A DNA stretch of 64,000 bases from Lingula anatina. Lineage: Eukaryota > Animalia > Brachiopoda. Location: contig CM120644.1 of assembly GCA_051362555.1 (NCBI GenBank), forward strand, positions 16,886,534 to 16,950,533. The letters are read 5' to 3'. Within the stretch, counting starts at the first letter, position 1, and the number at the start of each line of letters is the position of its first letter. Both the position numbers and the translations under genes were made by a program. Below are positions 1-15,925 of the stretch, one piece after another. The notes beneath the pieces were generated by a model. That model saw only the letters and a list, made by a program, of their open reading frames with translations, searched no databases and was not told the origin of the DNA.

Positions 1-21
1 ACTGCCCTTCATCATGGGCTC
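1..21 (-). CDS. Polycystin exon 24, partial (cut by window edge)
   Basis: ctacag acceptor at 22-27 after a T-rich tract; phase-1 frame is open. Confidence 0.55.
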
Positions 22-3000
22 CTGTAGTGATAAAAATATAGTTAAGAGATAAATATTGATGTACAAGTAACAATTCTGAATGATGAACTATTACATATTT
101 GTATATTTTTAATATACTTTAAATTTTATAAATGAGTTTCAGAAAATCAGTTTTTACAACCAAGGTTAATTTGTCTTTACATTATAGCCAGATAATTCAA
201 AATAATGGTCTTAACATAAAATTCAAGTCATGTTCAACTTAATAAGCATTATGTGACATAGAGTAAGAAGTACTATCCTTTCATAAGTGCAAATGAAAAT
301 ATTAAAATTATGACCATTCAGACAAGCTCAGGCTGTTTCAGCATTTTACACATTGTTTTTAACTGAGAATAATAAAGTAATGCTCATAATTACCTGCAGG
401 AGTTGCGGCTCTCCCATCATGCACCAGGTTGACCTCCCATTCGTATTCCAGGTCATCCGGACAATCTGGACAGGAGGCCTCCATGCTCAGACGATAGTCG
501 GAATTAACTACGGTGTTTTTACAACCTTTGCATTGGATACTTACACTGAAACATCATAAATTACAATAAAGTAAGTGTCACAATCAATCAGTGTTACTGA
601 TGAGAGAGAGAGAGATAGAGAGAGAGAAGGGGGGAGGAAGAAAAAGAGAGAGAGACCACCTTTACAATTTTTTGCAGCAGCCACACTATTTCCAGCATCT
701 GGCAAAAAGCAAAAAAATTAACACTAACACTCAAACTAAAACTTAAGTGCAGCACTTTCATACACACAGACTTAAAAATACTATCTCACCTGTAGCGCAC
801 AATGTCCGTCAGAATGACCACTGTCGTTGTTGAATTTGCTTTTCCTCCATTGCTGACAGTCAAATTGAAGACATATTCCAGTGGCACTTTGTCAGCTTTC
901 ATTGGCAGCAGGTGCTCCCTTGTTACCTGCAGTATTGGCTGATCTAAACTGGGCAGGTTCACATTCTCTCTAAAGCATGACTTTGAGGTATTGGTCAGGA
1001 GATAGCAAGTCCAGTTGTACCTGGGTCAGAAGCAAAGAAAGTATTAATCTTAGGGACCACTCCCATAAACCTATCGTACTAGCAGGATCAATCTATCTCC
1101 GAGGGGATTCTCCCTAAATTGCATTCATTGTAAGTGTGCATGAAAGATAATAATCTGGCTCTTACCTCAATATGGCCGTCTGGTTGTCTGGGTCATACGA
1201 GGCCGTTCCATCCAGCTCGACCGTATCATTAGTGTTGAAGTATCTCATGACGCCACCCTTGATGACACTCACTATTGGCGTGGGCGCCATGACTACCCGC
1301 GCTTCTGCTTTGGTGGTTACTATGGTGTTGTTGATGCCAACCTTGAAGACAATAAGTGCGTGTTTGATTATTAAAATAAAACAATGTTAATAGTACATGA
1401 CTGATACATTACCATGTGGTTTTTAACTGGAGAATAATGGGTCAATAATATTGCCTTGATCATTTTTCATTATTCATTTCTGAAGTTTGAAAAACAACAG
1501 AAAGACCTTGCTCAAAGTCAATAATTCATTATAACATTGGTAAGTTAACATGTTTTCAACAACTGATATCTATTATGACTGCTATCAAACACGTTCAAAC
1601 TTAAGAAACTCCACAATGTTAAAATCAAACTTTTTGTCGTTTTTACCCATAATAATATGCTGTAGTTTCCTGGAGGGACAGAACGCGGGGGCAGACACAG
1701 GACCTTCTGGTGCAGGCCTCGCATGTGTGCTCCCTGGTAAGTCACCACCGTTCCATTGGTGGCGCTAGCGTTCCTGAACTCCCATCTATACCATAATGCA
1801 TTGCTAATGTCACACTGGACATTGATGTCTGCCTCGAGTCGCAGGGGTTTTGAGAAGACAGTCTAGTAAAGAAAGAAACTTACAGTGAAAGCATATTCAA
1901 CATGGAGAAAAATGGACATATGTTCACAAATAGAATGTTTTTTTTCAGTGCTCGTCAACATATACAGCCCTAACTTCAGTATATACTAAAATAATACAAA
2001 ATAAACTATACAATGTATACTAGAATAACACAAAATTAACTATACAATGTATACTAAAATAACATAAAATAAACTATATAGTGTATACTACAACAACACA
2101 AAATACCACAAGAAACCCACCTCAAGATCAGCAGGAATCACATTGACCTGTGGTTGCAAGCAGAACCTTCTCAGTACAAACACATCCAAAGTTGTCGTTT
2201 CGTTACCCAAAGGATTACTGGCCACTACTTTCACAATAAAATGCCCCTCTCTGAAAACAGAAAATGAATTCATACAGTGAACTCTGACAGGCCAAATCTG
2301 AAGAGCTGTACTATCTCAAAGTCTTATTATTCTTACCTTACAATAATGACAAGATATAACAATCAGCCCTGTAGCCTACAATTTCAAAAGGAGGGGGATC
2401 TCTTTTCTGAAAAAGCTGATTTTTTTTTTTACCATAATGGCATAGAACCTAGAACATTATTAGAATCAGAATTGACCTTTTTCATGCTATAAGGGCCGTT
2501 TGTTCAAACCACTTCCTTACAGACCTAAAAAATCCTGGGCTTTGATGGAAAAACCCTTACAATAGATAGTGCACAGTATAGTTATAGGCGCTTCTTAGAA
2601 TAATACTATTATACTGCCTCTGTTTGTTTTTAGTAGACAAAACATGGAAGTATCCTAGAAACTGAGTTCTTTCAAAGAATAACTTGGTGGCTTATCTTTT
2701 AAAGTTTACTTTTTATTTCTAATACAAAAATTATAAAGTATACTTAATGAATAAATAAATAAAAATCTGAAAATCCACCAGCAACAAATCTCCTTTCTGA
2801 ACTCTATGTACAAAACTAACCTGAGGTATTTATGACTTGCATGTCTGTTGCTTTCATTGCTGTGCAATCCATCGCCAAAATCCCACGTGTACCTGACATC
2901 GGAGCCGCGGAAATGGTAGACGTTGAACTCAAAGGTCTGTCCAAAGATGGCCTGGTTCTGCAACTGAAGGCTGATGCGGCTTAGCCTCTCTACCACGCGG

Positions 3001-6000
3001 AACTCTACTGGAGTGCAGTCCGTGAGATTGCTGACCCTGTTGTTGGCTTTGGTTAGTGCTGTGTAGCTACAGGGTAAGAGAGAACAATAATAAATCTATA
3101 ATTATGAAAGCATAGTATAGTATAGTATAGTATAGTATAGTATGTAAGATAAGATAGGCATATGAAACTGAAATACCTGGACATTGCTAATTAAATCAAC
3201 AATAAGTGCCATGAAGTTACAGGATATGATAAGACAATAATAAATGTATAATTATGAAAACAGTTAGTGCAGTACCAACATCTTTACATGAACAGACTGA
3301 CTGCACTAATAAATTAGCAATAAACAGCATGTTCCATTATCTCTAGGCATAAGATAATCAAAAACCCAGGACATAATGTTGTACGGTAAATCAACAAAAA
3401 AAAAACATCTCTTTTTCACCTCAACCAGCATACAAATAATGTCTTTGAATATCAAAATATTTGAACAAAATCTAGATTTGAGACTCATCTTGTGACCTAC
3501 AATTTTGGCCCAATCAGGCCTCAGTTAACATACCTTCCTGGTAGCAATGTTCTATATGACTTGAAGTTCAGGTAAGTCTGATCCCATGAGCTCCAGGAGC
3601 TGAACTGAGACTGTATGTCCCATTCATAGAAGGTTTGCGGGGCACTTGCTGCCAAAGGTTGGGGCGTGATTCTCAGAGTGACAGGGGTATTATACTCGTG
3701 AATTCTGCCGCCTTCAACCACAGTGTCACAGCCTAGAGGTAAACAACAACCATTGAATTAAAGGGCAATCAAAATTATTTCGACTGATAGACACATGCAT
3801 GTACACACACACGCACACACACACACACACTATATGTATAGAAGTACTCAGTTTTGGAAAAAAAATATACTTGTATAAAATATAATATAAATATTATTTA
3901 CAAGTTTTATACCACTGCTAGGGGGCAGCACTATCAGAAAAGTGACAGCCTTAAAGAACCAATGCCACATGGATTAGAGTACCATCTAATGTCAAATAAC
4001 AAGCTAAAGTTCCACACCTAATACCAACGATAGAAACCACCTAAAAGAAGAACAATACAGAATAGCATAAAGCCTTACAGAAATGGTCTAGGTTTGAAAA
4101 AATGGTAGCCGATTTTTTATGAAGTTTAAACCCATGACCTATTGACCTAGGCAAAGAAATCACACATGGCTATGACATCTTTATATGCATAAATACCTTG
4201 AATCACGTGTTGCACAAATATCTGTAGATATGCATACACAGGTTTCACCCTGTTTTTAGCCGTCAGTCGGACAAGGTAACCAACATCAGAAACGTCCAAA
4301 TACGTGTGACTGACTGACAACCCTGCATCGATCAGCTCCGTCTGGTCACCAAACGACCAATCAAATGTCAGGTTAGATCCACTGGTGATGCTGCCATTGA
4401 AGTGGATGGTTTCGCCAGGTTTGAAGTATGGGTTCAAGGGTGATGGCGATATGATGTAAACATGACCTGGCGGTCGCATGACATACATAGGGGCAGACAT
4501 GTTGGCGGTGACTTGATTCAGGGGGTTGGTGGCTGTTACACTAACACGGTAAACCCCCTCTGAAAACATGAAGAAATCTCTTTTCATAACAAAGCTGTTT
4601 ACTCTACATTCATATTAAAGGGATAATAACTCTTCGTATGAAATCTGTATTTCACAATAAAAACATTGTGAATGGCTCATAAAAATATAATATATTCTGT
4701 TTTCCCACAAAAACGGCTGTTATAGCTATTATTCTGATATCTGAGCTTGTCTTTAGACCACGTGACCTCCATTGATGGCTATACTCTGTTAAAATCTCTT
4801 AAGAGATTTTAACAAAAAAACAAACTTTTTAGAAAAAAACCAGGGACTAACTTTGAATGTAAAAATGGATTCATTAACCATTGGTAAGTATGGGAAAATT
4901 GTTGTTTACTCCAGGAAAATTCATTTTTTGGCTGAAACGAAGAGTTATTATCACTTTAAGTAAGGGCACCAAAACCTCTGTTAATTGTAAAGTAGACAAA
5001 AATTTCAATAAAATAACTTAATAACAAGCATATTTAGGTACAGATACCATTTTGGTTGAGGAAATGATTTTCACATTAAAGGGCAAGCTAGAAAAGATGA
5101 AAACTATAACAGGTATACATTTTTCATTTAATTTAGTGAAGACATACAAGATTGCCATTGAAAGATATATTTGATCTTGAAAAAAGTCTCTATCTAATAC
5201 CTGCTGTGTATTTGTGTGTAAATTCTCTTCTCAGCCCAAGCAACCCAAAGACCGCCGCCCCGCTGGCGGTGGTACCATCACCAAAGTCCACATGAAACAT
5301 AACATTTGAACCTCCGTGTGTCCTGAAATACAAAATCACAGAAATCTTGCAAGTATCGTCATCGTGTTTCTTTGTAAAGGATGGATGGAAAGGTTTTGAT
5401 TTAGAATAAGGATAAGTTATAATACAATGTCAGGGTCAGAGTCGATGTCGCAACTACATTTTTCCCATTTCTCACAAAGATGACTTCATTCCATAGTTTA
5501 CAAAGGCACTACGGAAAAAGTGAACAAAATGCCATCAAAATTTACATTTGGCAATGTTTAAAACAAAAGAAAAAAGATAAACATCTCCTAAACACGGTAT
5601 CAGCTCTAAATTTTAATTTGTTTTATTTTATTTTATTTTATCCTTTACATAAAGAAGCAACTGTGCTCAACACAATCAAACATCCAGTAAATCAATTAAG
5701 ACAGTTCAGCTAAAACATTTCTGTTACTTACTTGGCATCGAATGACACAGTTGCATTGTCCGCAGCAGCGTAGATGCCTGTCATTGGCTCAATGCTGACC
5801 TGACTCACAGGGTGATTGACAGATATCAAAAACGGCAAATGAACTGTGATCCCACCAATTTCAGAGGGCGCCCCAAACTGGTATATGGCGTTAGTCACTC
5901 TGACAGACACGTTGAGGTCTCTTGCCTGAGGGAATTGGTAGACCACCTCGCTACTGTTGTGGGTTCTGTGGATAAAATTGTGTAAATCAATAAAATTATT

Positions 6001-9000
6001 ATATAAAATAATATATTGCATGTCAATTAAGAAACACAAAATCAAACTGCTTCTACTACAGTCTGTAGGTCTGTCAAAGTGCTTGCCAGTACAGAAATGC
6101 ACAAGTTTTGGCTTGATGGCAAGTATATTATCAGCATTATTACACCTAAAAAAATACCGGAACAATATAATAAGTTTCCTTCTTTAAAGAGAACAAAATT
6201 CTGCCTTATTATGCTGAATATGATAACCCTCTCTGACACAGAACTTACTCTGTTATTTTTGTTGGGTAGACAAATGTCTGTGGTTCTGTCTGCCAAAAGA
6301 ACATCAAGTTGTTGCCAGTGGCTACCGTTGCTATGAAAGTGACAGGCTGTGTCGCGGCAACATAGCGTGGACTGGTGGTTGATATGGTAACACCAGTAAT
6401 GGGCGTGTCCACTTTGAGGACCTTGGTTGCTGCCATGGAGTTGATATAATTAGAGACATTGACCGAAACACTGTAATCTCCAATATCTGAGTAAGCATGG
6501 TGGACCACGCACTCATACTTCGGCACAACAGTGTGATGACTCGATGGAGTTAACACTTTGAAATCTACACCATTCCCAGGGTTCTCTGAAGAAAACTGGG
6601 TCACATTTCCATCTCCTAAGTCCACAGTTACCCAGAATTCCCTACCGCCAGATATGGTAATGGCAAACTGAGTTCGGTACCCAGGAATTGTGTTTTTGAC
6701 ACTAAGGCCCAGAGAGTCTATGGAGTGCTGGGCAGTTACCTTGGTAACTGACATGGCTGACCCAAGACCATTGGTAGCAGTGAGGGTCAAGTTGTATGTT
6801 CCAGGCTTGGTGAATTCCTTGGTTACCTAGACAAACCAAACAATTTTTTTGTTATAATTGTGCAAAAATGACACAAAATCTTTCAGGCTATAATAAGCTA
6901 TGTACAATCTATGTTCCTACAAAAAGCCATTCTAATTGTCTCATATTAGTCAGTTCAACTTGGAGCATTGTCAATGAAAAGCTTTTTAATCTTTTTTTTT
7001 TTAACTCCTACTCAAAATGACAAGTGAGACACAGTGATAATTTCTGGAAGGTTTTCCCCCTACCTTGCTCAAAGCAGTCTGCTCAGTCTGATTAGTTCCA
7101 AAGGACCAAGCATATACCAGATTGGTTCCTGATAAAGCACCAGCAGTCCACACGTGGCCTACCAGAGTGCTGCAATCAGAACAAGAACTATTAGCTGATA
7201 ATCACTTCAGCTGCCAGATTAAGTCAATCAAAGCAGAGCTCTTGAGACAAAACTCGGTACAAGCTCTTGCTGTGGGATGATCCATCCTTAGCATTAGGCA
7301 ATAAATCATTCAACAAGCATTTGAATGTGAATTCTAAAGTCAAATTATCTGCAGTGTTGAAAAGAGATATTATATTGCTACTGCTATTTGGTAATTTTCA
7401 TCCCTTCTATTTTCTTTTTTCAAGAGAAAAATTTTGTACAGTTAGCTCTTCAATTCAAACTGCAAGCTTTTTCTTTATTATTATTTTTTTTCAATGGTGC
7501 CACGTGTGCATAATGCTTTCATCAGGAATAACTAAAGAACCACAACAAATACCTCAACTGCCTAACTGCAGACGGACCAGCAATCTCTAATCCAGTGATG
7601 GGCTCTTCAATTACCGCCACTCCTCCAAGACTGTAAAAGCCGCCATTGGCACCCTCACTAAGTGCCACATTGAGCCAGAACTCCCCAGTCTGTGCGTAGG
7701 TGTGGCTGAATGTCAGCTGACCGTTTGGAGTGGTCAAGGTGGCCGTAGTGTTGTCTCCATAGTCTATATTGACCGTGGCTCCCGACTGGACATTCTTAAA
7801 AGAACAAAAAACAGTTAACTTACTGTTGTTTTTTCTTAGACTTTTATATGATGATACAAAGTAAGTAAAACAGAAATACTGAACAAATGAATGCTACATG
7901 AAACATAATGGAGAGCAATTTTACCCATTATTTGAAAGGCACAAAAAAAACACAATCTATTCTAATGCTGACTTTCCAAAAACAAAAAAGTACAGGTATC
8001 CTATCTCAGATTTTCCCACCAAATCAAATAATTCTTAAAAATAAATTCAAAACTCACAAATCATTTACTGGTTTTGACTTTTTATACTATTTCTACATAA
8101 ATAAATTAGTTTTAAATGAATAAATACTTTGATGGCAAGCTGGACTTGTTGCCCAACAGCCGTGGGGCCGCTGACCACCAGGTAGGGCTCTGATCCAAGA
8201 GGTTCCACATCCACTACTTTAGCTGCTGAACTTGTGCTGACTGAAATGCATAAATAACCATTTTAGTTTCTACAGACATTGAAATATTTTCAATTATGGA
8301 ATTTCTGTTGAAGAAGTACTCTTCAATTAGAAAACCCTCTAATAACATTTAATATTTCCTTTTTGTTCTTTTTCTGTTAAGTAGGTATGCAGAGAAGTAT
8401 ACATGCAATGCATTTATACCTTTTATTTATTAAAAAAAATATGAATTTAAAATAATAAATAAAAGTCCATTGTTTTTAACATAATCTTTCCTCTCTTTCA
8501 AACAAATACATTTTTCAATTAAAATACCACACCACAGTACCCAGAAATAACTGCAAATATTTAAAAGAAAACACATAAAACATGCCAACACAGCAGTTTC
8601 AGAAACATCTATAAACTCCACTCCATGTATTTTGACTGAAAAAAAATACAAGTGGTACACTTCATAACACCTACTTTCATCATCAAAACCAACAAACTAA
8701 TATTTGAGTAAATATGAATTCATCCAACACATGAAATAAATTGACATCTATATGAAACAAAGACAAAAAATATTATTTTCACAAACAGCAAAAAACAACT
8801 GTATTCTAGACAAGTATGCATGAGTAAGAATTCATCAAAGAAACACCAACAATGTCTATCAGCTTGCAACTTACTCTCTATTTATCCCTGTGCATCTGGG
8901 TAGTGATAAAATCAAGCATGGCACTAATTACTTAATACTGTGCCAAAATTATAACATTAGCAGAAAAAAACATATTGATTGATAATAATGGTTTCAATAA

Positions 9001-12000
9001 ACACTACATTAGTTAAGAAATTATGTACATCTCATATTTTTACTTTGCTTGCTAAAGGAATAAAATGTTAACAAAACAGTGCTATGCGCTTCTATTAAAT
9101 TAGCAGTGCTGGTGCAAGTATTAAATAAATGCAATGAAAGATTATCTCCAATAGTATATTTTATTCAATTTTCGTGAAGGGTCCATTGTGTGAGAATGGG
9201 CGCAAAATGAAAGCATTGGCAAAATAAATAATTTATAGATCAACTGTACACACTCTGTTTTAATGGAATGCTTAATATACATAAATGGCATGCTGCTATT
9301 ACTGATAACATTCACTAATTTGTTCATTGAATGTTTTTCATTCAATCAAATGAAGTTTCTTTCTCAAAGTGCATTGTCAAATTAGAAATTGTAGATAGGC
9401 AACTAAACAACATCTTGAAAATTTTCTGATGAATTAAAATTTATGCAAAGGGGATACGTTCACTGTAGTGATTTTTTTTATGTGAAAGGCCTGCCTACCT
9501 TCATACAACATTGCACTGACTTTCAAAAATTGATTCAAACCATTTCTATCTCTCGCACAATATACATTAAAAATTGCTTGCTTATTGTCTGGTAATTTGT
9601 AATTTACTTATCCTTACTTCATATGTAGAAAAAACTATTGTGAAGTCCACTCACCTAAATTGCTCACTTTCAGTGTCACTGTGACAGTCCCAACGCTGGC
9701 TAAACTTGTATACCAGACTGGTGACCTGGTGACAACAGTGGCACCCTCTACAGTCCAGTGGTACAAGACAGGCCTTTCACTTGTCAATACTCCTGCAAAG
9801 AGTAAATCATAGGTAAAACTTTTACTAATGATTTTCTTTTCTGCAAATCTCCCTGCAACATTCCTTATCAAATAGGACTTGGGATTTTGTGGCCACTTGT
9901 TTTTCTATATTAATCAACTGAGGTATACGGACATCCACAAATTGAACTTGCACTTTCTCTTTTAAATTTTTCCTGCAAAAGACACATAGCTAAAGATCCA
10001 AGCTAAGAGAGAAGCCCAGAAACAAACAGATACACATCTTACCATTTATCTGTGCATAAAATGTTGCAATTTCTCCAACGATCACTCGGCCTGGTGTTGC
10101 TATGGTAACATTCCCTACCATCTCCTGCACAATAATTTCTGTTGTTTTGGTAACTCTAGAAATGTTATTATAGGCAACGTATGTCACAGGGAATGTTCCA
10201 ACAGCTGAAAAGCTATGCACTGAAGATGCAGACTTTGGATTGGTTCTTGACCTGCTGACCTCTACGAAGCCTTGACCATCATCCACTTCAAACTGGACAT
10301 CGGTCCCTCCTTCTACAGAAGCGGTCACTGTGACATTGTTCCTCAACTCCAAAGGTCCAGTGGTGGTCAATAGCAGAGTGGACACAGACTCCAATATTGT
10401 GAATCGGACATGATTCGAGGACCGGCTCACCATGTTGTCCACGGACACTATAGCAATATACTCTCCTGGTCTTCTATACACATGGTCAGCCGTGGAGGTC
10501 ATGTTCTCACTCCTTACGATCGAGGGATAATAATCGCCAAAGCTCCACGTAAAGATTGGGTCAGACCCGCTGTGCAACAACGCAGACACAGACACCGTTT
10601 CCCATGTGGCTGCTGGGCTAGGACTCTGCGATATGATTGAAACATTGCCTATTGGGATCTGAATCTTGATCATCCCCTCCATGGATATCCGGCTGACTTC
10701 ATTGGACGCCTCTATCGCAATGGTGTATGTACCCACTGTGGTAAAAGTATGAGACAATGTCGTTGTGTTGGTGGTGGTATTGAACCAGGTCTGCGACTCG
10801 CGGTGCAAGAAGCCCCAACTGTAGATGGCGCTGTCAGATTTCGAAGCCAATGTCAGGGTCATCACAACCACTTCATTCAATTTTGCAGCTCTTTTGGCGT
10901 TCAGACGAAGATCTTTTAATTCTCGGACAACCTGCACTGCTTTCGTCAAAGTCTGGTTCAAAGTGGTGTAGTTATTGAAAGCTTGGATGGAGACTGTAAA
11001 TATCCCCTCATCTGTGTAAGTGTGATCAACCTCCACGTGTAATGTGCAGCCTTCTCCGTAACTAGACAGCAACAGGAGCCGATCCTGGCCCTCGCGCACC
11101 AGCAGTGTATCATTGCTGTCAATCAAAGCGTAGGTCAAAACGTCACCATCGCCAAAGTCAACTCTGAGATAGCTGACCTCCCTGCTTGCTGTTGCCATAG
11201 AAACAACGAACTTGCTTGCCACTCCTGGCTTGGTGACGTTAGGGGACGAATCATGGCGTTCCAGGGTCAGGTTGGCAAGGCCTCTGTCTAACACAACCTG
11301 GTGTCGAAAAAAAAACAAACAAAAAAAAAAACAAGAAAAAGTGTACTTATTTCCACCTGCACTTCATACACTAGCACAAATTTACCAACAAGAGTGTTGG
11401 AGGATCTTGAATCCACTAGTTATTTCTTTTTCTTTTTATTTAAAGAGGAGTTTTCATGACAGATGACAAATACTGCCTGCACAGTCTTCTTTAAAAAGAC
11501 TTTCAAATTTGTGCAAAAAGACCCTTAACTGTCACTTACTTATAACCCAGTATTTTTCTACCTTTCAACTTACCACTCTAAGTCCAGCTTGAAGACTTCC
11601 TAACGAGTTGTTCACCTCCAACTTCACATCATAAATGCCCAGCTGAGTGAAAGTGTGGCTCTGAAAGGAAAATAAAGAGACAATTAAGGTCCAGCTAATG
11701 GGGGTTTGGATCAGAAACATTGGTTACTCACCAAGAGGGACATCCCAATTGGCAAGGCTGCGAGCTAGCAGCTTGGCTCACAGAGTTTGCTACAATGGCA
11801 AGCAATCCTGAGAAAAAAATGCACTGACTGACCCCAAAATCAAGACTGAGTAAACAAATGTGTGCACCAAATGTGGCCCAGCTCTGACGATTTTGCAGGA
11901 GCAGTTACATGTTTTAAAATGTCACAGGGCGGTTCCATGGGAAAATCACAATTACCTGGACCTCTACTTCTGTTCTAGCCAGCAGAGCATGCTCAGAAAC

Positions 12001-15000
12001 ATCTCGAGGAGACCTGGATTCAACATCATTAATAATAAACTCTAGCTTTGCTGAAAAAATTGATTAACTGTTCATGACCCTGCCTCTGAAAGCACTTAAA
12101 CAAAATTACCAATCCTACTAGACTGAAACTCCAAGTAATATTAACTTCTAGAGTATCAAGCTAAAATTACCACCCAATGCCATTAGAGCCCACTTAACGA
12201 GTTCTACGGTCAGTAAAACCACTTAACTGGCCATCGAGGTGACTGGACAAAACTGATGGACACATCAGTGACAAATGGAAAGTTTCTGGCAATGAACTGG
12301 TTTCAGGGAAGTTGCCACTTCGACAGAAAATAGTCTAACAGCCATCACAACCAGAGCTCTTGTTAGCTAACATTTACTGTTACATCATACAATCTTACAA
12401 AGTTTATCAGCAAAATGTTAAAGATGACTTAGCAAGCAAACCTCCAAATAAAAAGCCATACAAGAATGAAGCGATTTTTTTCTTCACTCAACAGCTAATA
12501 TTGACAGCTAATATTCTTCCAATATTTCCAAACTTCCCAGAATTATACCTGCTTTTCTAATGACAGATGGTGGGCAGGGGACATGGATGCTGTTGACCTG
12601 GATAGCCTCAACCCCTGATGAAGATCGATATATTGGAGGTAATATTAGCTGTTGAGTGAAGAAAAATTACTTTATTCTAATAGCAAAACACAGCTGATGA
12701 AATTCTTCTCCGAAAAAGCCATGCACGAACTACTAAGGCTTCATAATGCCACCCCCAGATGGAAACATGGCTGGCTGCATCCTGAAATTTAATATTTTTC
12801 CTTTTAGACTACTGATAGATACACAGTGTACTGTTTCAAGATGAACTCTTTTTGTTAGCATGGACATCAATAAATACTCTCCACAAAGAAAAAAGTGAGC
12901 AACCTTCTTTGTGACCTACATCACACCGTCTCTGTTATCATCTTTCTATCTGCAAAACAAACACTTTAACTGCACCAGAATATCCTCTCAGTTCCCTCCA
13001 CCTTACCTGCACAGAGAACAGGTAACCATTTCAAATTCAGCCTAAAAAGTAGAGAAAAAATTCAATGGGCTTCAGAAGCAGGGGGATTCAGCGATAAGAT
13101 TCCACACTTTCATCCAAAAGGAATAATAGAATATAAATTCAGCAATAAACTCCTCATAAATTACTCAGGAGCAGCTAATGGGTTTTATCATGATCCTCGG
13201 CTTACATGACAAATTCTAATTGATCGCTGCTGCGTCGACTTGTTTAAGCTGGGTAATCCTTGCAAACCACGGGCTAAGCTCCTCGCGCAATGGGCAACAA
13301 TATTGGTCAAAATCCAGCGTGTCTGGTACAAAAATAGACCTCAAAAAGCAATAAAAGTCCAAACCTAGGTCACCAGCTACCCCTGAGTTACACAGCTTAG
13401 TCAAAAGAAAAACGCCTCTATTATCAGCATATATGTAAGCCACTTCAGGCACCTAGCCAGGGGGGTTGGGGGGGGGGGGGTAGGTAAAGAGAACCTCCCT
13501 TTTTGCTGGGAAAAGGTCTCCTCTGGGTAAAATTTTATCCAGGGGTACACATAGGTTTCAGGATGAAGGGTCGACTTTTTTAGAAAAAGAACCTCCCTTT
13601 TGAAACTGCTAGCTACGGGCCTACATTCACACTGTCATTCCAAGTTACTCATATGCATCTGTGTATGTATGTATGTCCATGCATACCTGCACCTATGAAA
13701 AAGTGTCAAAGCGTATGTCCGATCATAACAGAACAATCACACACGCACACACACGAATGCATGCGTGCATGTTCACATGCAATCACATAAGCCAAACATA
13801 CACGTGTGTACATTTCTTCGCCCACATGCAACTAAACAATTCCTTAATCTTCAACAAACTATATTAATCTCTGCCCAGAATGTAAACAAGACCGATAAAT
13901 ATAGACCATATTCCCCTGATTTATCTGTAGCATGTTTTAATCTCCCTGGGCATTCATCAACTTCAGTCGGGAGCTCCAAAACCAAGACTATCGATTGATT
14001 AGATAAAGCAGAATATAGGGCCGTTTCCACAACGACCTAACCTGAACCGTAAACATAACGGGACAAAACTATGTCAGATCCCAGGTTAGTTCACACAATG
14101 ACCTCCTGACCCAAACCAGGAACAGAAAGGTCCAAATTGCCATCACTCCACTACATCAGACTGATTATGGTGTTGAGACCTGGCCTCTCTTTTCGCACAC
14201 ATGCACAAAAAAAAAAAAAAAAAAAAAACAATTACAAAGGTTGCATGGTCACATTTTACCCTATCAGGAGCAGTATAACAGCACTCATGGAAATCCTAGT
14301 CAACCTAGCCAAAAACTGACAAGTTTTTTTGTGAAACTGGGGCCTAGTAGCAGTTTACATACATTGATATATTGGAAAGATACAATTTCAAATCAGGATT
14401 CTCCCCAGTCTGATTATTCCTATGTGTAAACAGAGCCAATAAAAACTACTGTTCTGTGCAAGTCTCTGGACTACACACAGCAATGTAAATTATTACCAGG
14501 TTGCTGAACACATTGTGTGTTGCACAAGTATAAGAAAGGAAGTTCTCTACTTAAAATGTATCTACCACTGACTGTATTATGAAACTGATCAATTCACAAA
14601 GATAGAAAAGATAAAATGGGGATCAATTAATGAAGATAGAAAAGATAAAATGGCCAAAAAAAAACTTCATTTGTCTACCACTGACTGTATATGATCATTA
14701 TTACCATGATGATGCCAGTAAATCATTACATGAAGTCAATTCATAATCTCTCTTTTTTTTTTTCTTTCCAATGAATTTTCTCTATGAGGTACCCTTAACA
14801 TTTTTGCCTTGAATGCAACCTTTCGTCTTCTGGTATATTTCATAAGTCCTTGAAGTAAAATTACAAAACTTCTACAAAATCAAATGGTCTGTTATTTTTT
14901 GTCTATCGTTTTTCTCTAATCTAAAATAATTAAATTTCAGATACAGTAAATTTTAACTCAACTTATGAAACTGACTTGACCGCACTCATCTTATGCAAAT

Positions 15001-15843
15001 TCCTGATTTTTTTTTCTTTCCAGAGGGGGCTTACATCACCATTCTTACATAAGGGATAAAAAAAGTTTGCCATATCCTGTAATTTCCCTTGGATTCAAGC
15101 TTACACAACTGTACCTATCACTTTACATTTCATCCATCACTTTGAAATCATATCCGTATCCTATAACTCAAATTACTCTCATACGTAATGATTCAGTTTT
15201 GTTTCAAGGTTATTGGTTATTGCTTTTGGTTATCTAATACCTGCAGACGTTCTCCTTTTACATAAATGTCAACAAAACTTGCCATCCAAAGCTGCAACCA
15301 AACAGTACTGAAGATAAATGTGGATACCACAAAAATATGTCAAATCAAAGGCAAAATTTTAAAGAGATGAAACCTTGTCATTCATGCTGACAAGAAGAAG
15401 TAAATATACACTTCTTAAATATATGAATCTTCTAAGCAAAATGTCAATTTTTTTTTCAGACCGCCAAAATGCCAAACCCAGCAAAGAGAACTCACCAGTC
15501 CATTGAAGTAAAAACTACACACATCTGCAGCACATTACGCCTCAAATTTTCTACCAGCAAAAGAAATATTTCCTCTAATTGAGAAACGCTGTACATAATA
15601 CCCACTGCAGTAACTGTAGTATTGATTTGACGACCTCTCTTGGGTTTTGGTCTCTGTAGACCAGTAAGCTTAAAATTTCAGTAGTACTCTGCTGTGCGAA
15701 ACAATTCCTAAACCTTTATGATGGAAATGATGGAAAAATCAACAATGGACTGTGCACTGACTTGAGGCCAATGTTTTCCACGTGTGCAGATTAAAAAATT
15801 TTGAAGTAGCTTGAAAAATGGTATTCAAATATAAACTTTTGCA

Positions 15844-15925
<82 letters not shown>

